Source: a virus (lineage: Duplodnaviria > Caudoviricetes). Taken from it: DNA of 37,542 nucleotides. Below the pieces are notes generated by a model that was not told the origin of the DNA, did no database searches, and saw only the letters and a program-made list of their open reading frames with translations. The position numbers were made by a program, and so were the translations under genes. Shown piece after piece: positions 36,078 through 37,542 of the stretch. Positions within the stretch are counted from its first letter, which is position 1, and every line of letters starts with the position of its first letter. The stretch spans positions 1 through 37,542 of IMG/VR virus record IMGVR_UViG_3300020460_000027. One strand, written 5' to 3'.

Positions 36078-37100
36078 TTAGGCAACCTCCTTTAATGCTA
36101 CGGCTTCGTAAGATGACTCCTGAGCGTCTTCGTAGCCTTCAGAAGCTCCGACCCCTTCCATCTTGTCTAAAATGTAACTCGCTGCTTTCTGGGCATCCGT
36201 TCCGGCTTTCCAAAGTAGCTGGGCTCCATCTTCACCCTCTAACGCTCTTATCCAACTTTTAAGATAAGAAGCGTGATTATCTAGCGGCTGATGCTCGACA
36301 CCTAAAACGTTAGCTAGAAACACTCCGCAGAGTTCAGCTATTAGCTCTTCAAACGCATATTTAGCGTCACCGAAACGACCTTCTAAATCTCTATTAAGAC
36401 GGCTTTCGTATCCTGACCAGTGACCAAATTCATGCCCTACAGTAGAGACCCATTCTGAGAGGCTAATAAATTGGTCAGCTATCGGGGTTATGATTTTATC
36501 TTGCGAAGGGATAAAGCAGGCTCTATCGCCGCCGTTCTCCTCTTTCCAATTAGCTCCTACTTTAAGGAACTCTGACCGGATCTTTTCAACCTGCTCATCA
36601 TTTGTTAATTCGGTCTCCTCGACTCTTACAGGCAGTGAAGGATGCTCTGGTTTTTCACCCTCTAACGCCTCGACTTGTGAAGCATTAAAAACGGTATAAG
36701 TACGCTCTAACAAAACCTTTTTCATTTTGTGGTTTTCTTTGCAAGTCTTCCCAATATTAAAAAGACCTTTACAAGGTGTCTCCTCGTTGCAAACCATCTT
36801 AGGAGCCCAATAAATAATCTCGGTTCCTCGCTCGCCCTTCTGAACTTGGCAGCCTTTACTTTGCCACTGTTTGTAAGTAGCAAACCGCCCATCCTCCCAG
36901 CCTTCACAACTCTTAGCCATACTCAAGACTAAAACGTTAGAACCCTTATAGATAGTCTTCGTAATTGGGTTATGCGGAACCTCGAAACCGTGGACAGCTA
37001 CCCAAGATTTGGTCCAACTTTTAGGATTGTTTTTAAGTAACTCAATAAGGTTTTCGGTTAGTCCCTGAGCTACTTTCCTAACCTTCTCATTTGTAAACAT
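36078..37100 (-). CDS. ardC: ArdC-like antirestriction protein (ssDNA-binding N-domain plus zincin-like domain)
   Basis: W.KSW, NPITKTIYKGSN, FATYKQW...QVQKGE, TVFNASQ, HEFGHWSG..SRLNR, YAFEELIAE, HASYLKSW. Confidence 0.9.
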   Translation of the reverse strand: MFTNEKVRKVAQGLTENLIELLKNNPKSWTKSWVAVHGFEVPHNPITKTIYKGSNVLVLSMAKSCEGWEDGRFATYKQWQSKGCQVQKGERGTEIIYWAPKMVCNEETPCKGLFNIGKTCKENHKMKKVLLERTYTVFNASQVEALEGEKPEHPSLPVRVEETELTNDEQVEKIRSEFLKVGANWKEENGGDRACFIPSQDKIITPIADQFISLSEWVSTVGHEFGHWSGYESRLNRDLEGRFGDAKYAFEELIAELCGVFLANVLGVEHQPLDNHASYLKSWIRALEGEDGAQLLWKAGTDAQKAASYILDKMEGVGASEGYEDAQESSYEAVALKEVA

Positions 37101-37131
37101 TTAACTACTCCAATCGTTAATATTTTTGATT

Positions 37132-37158
37132 ACCCTACCAGGTTATACGAGTGTTCAA
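37132..37158 (-). promoter_or_regulatory. Possible early promoter (TTGAAC...TGG-TAGGGT)
   Basis: Extended -10-like TGn TAnnnT upstream of ardC; spacer to TTGAAC is only 15 nt. Confidence 0.35.
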
Positions 37159-37461
37159 AAAAACAACAACACCGGCGAAAAATTTCTTATTACCCTGACT
37201 CCCTACCCGTCAAAAACCCCATAACAAAAACCCAGAAGCCCAGAAAAAAAACCTAGAAAAAAAACAAAACCAAACCCAGAAATCGATCAAGTCTCGCCGT
37301 AATTGCGTCGTGCGAGTAGCTCGAAACATCGACCAACGGGAGATGTGGCGAGATACCGCACGCACGCACGATGATTAACGGTGTATTTGTGACTTTGCTT
37401 CTAGTGTTTTGGTTGTTTTTGTTGTGTTGTTTTGTGTGGTGTTTGTTTGGTCTTGTGGGGG

Positions 37462-37542
37462 GAGGTGGGGGTGGGGGTTTTTTTTGTTTGGTTGGTGGTT
37501 TTTGTGGTTTGGTATCCCCTGGGACTCCCTCCGTCGATTGAG
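37462..37542. repeat. Terminal overlap (copy 2)
   Basis: Matches 1-82 except for one G. Confidence 0.95.

Noticed and set aside
33705-36080. Dispersed repeats read as CRISPR, REP elements, attC sites or terminators
   Set aside because: They are separated by whole genes, lack U-tails, no integrase is present, and the invariant bases are the hammerhead core with covarying stems
37292-37353. Fifth (type I) hammerhead on + strand
   Set aside because: Has a three-way junction and GAAAC, but no CUGANGA, and the cut-site triplet would be GUG
37455-37477. Canonical G-quadruplex
   Set aside because: Only three runs of three or more G plus one GG, and run length differs between the two terminal copies

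Overview
This window looks like a complete, circularly assembled genome of a tailed dsDNA phage; the first ~82 nt recur at the end with one G indel. The host is probably a low-GC actinobacterium (two WhiB genes, an actinobacterial-type ferredoxin, an r1t-like holin). The + strand carries a small metal/redox cassette, terminase, portal, four large putative internal virion proteins, scaffold, major capsid, tail/lysis genes and a recombination/regulation module (Cas4-like nuclease, SSAP, SSB, resolvase, WhiB x2, Mom-like protein). The - strand carries a putative early operon (ArdC to HNH). No integrase, DNA polymerase, primase, helicase, tape measure, tRNA or CRISPR array was recognised. The main finding is four complete, covarying, pseudoknotted type II hammerhead ribozymes on the - strand. 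Each runs from an upstream stop codon to a conserved start-associated motif (ACGAUUGGAG) of the next early gene, so the early polycistron is predicted to self-cut into cassettes that might circularise. The exact complement of that motif sits in a hairpin loop just before the terminator of the opposing + strand transcript, a candidate trans-acting antisense off-switch. Unannotated small ORFs (a Cys-rich metallothionein-like peptide, a basic micropeptide), a non-canonical start codon and an anti-SD loop in the scaffold leader were also found. All protein family calls are from motif recognition by eye, not database searches.
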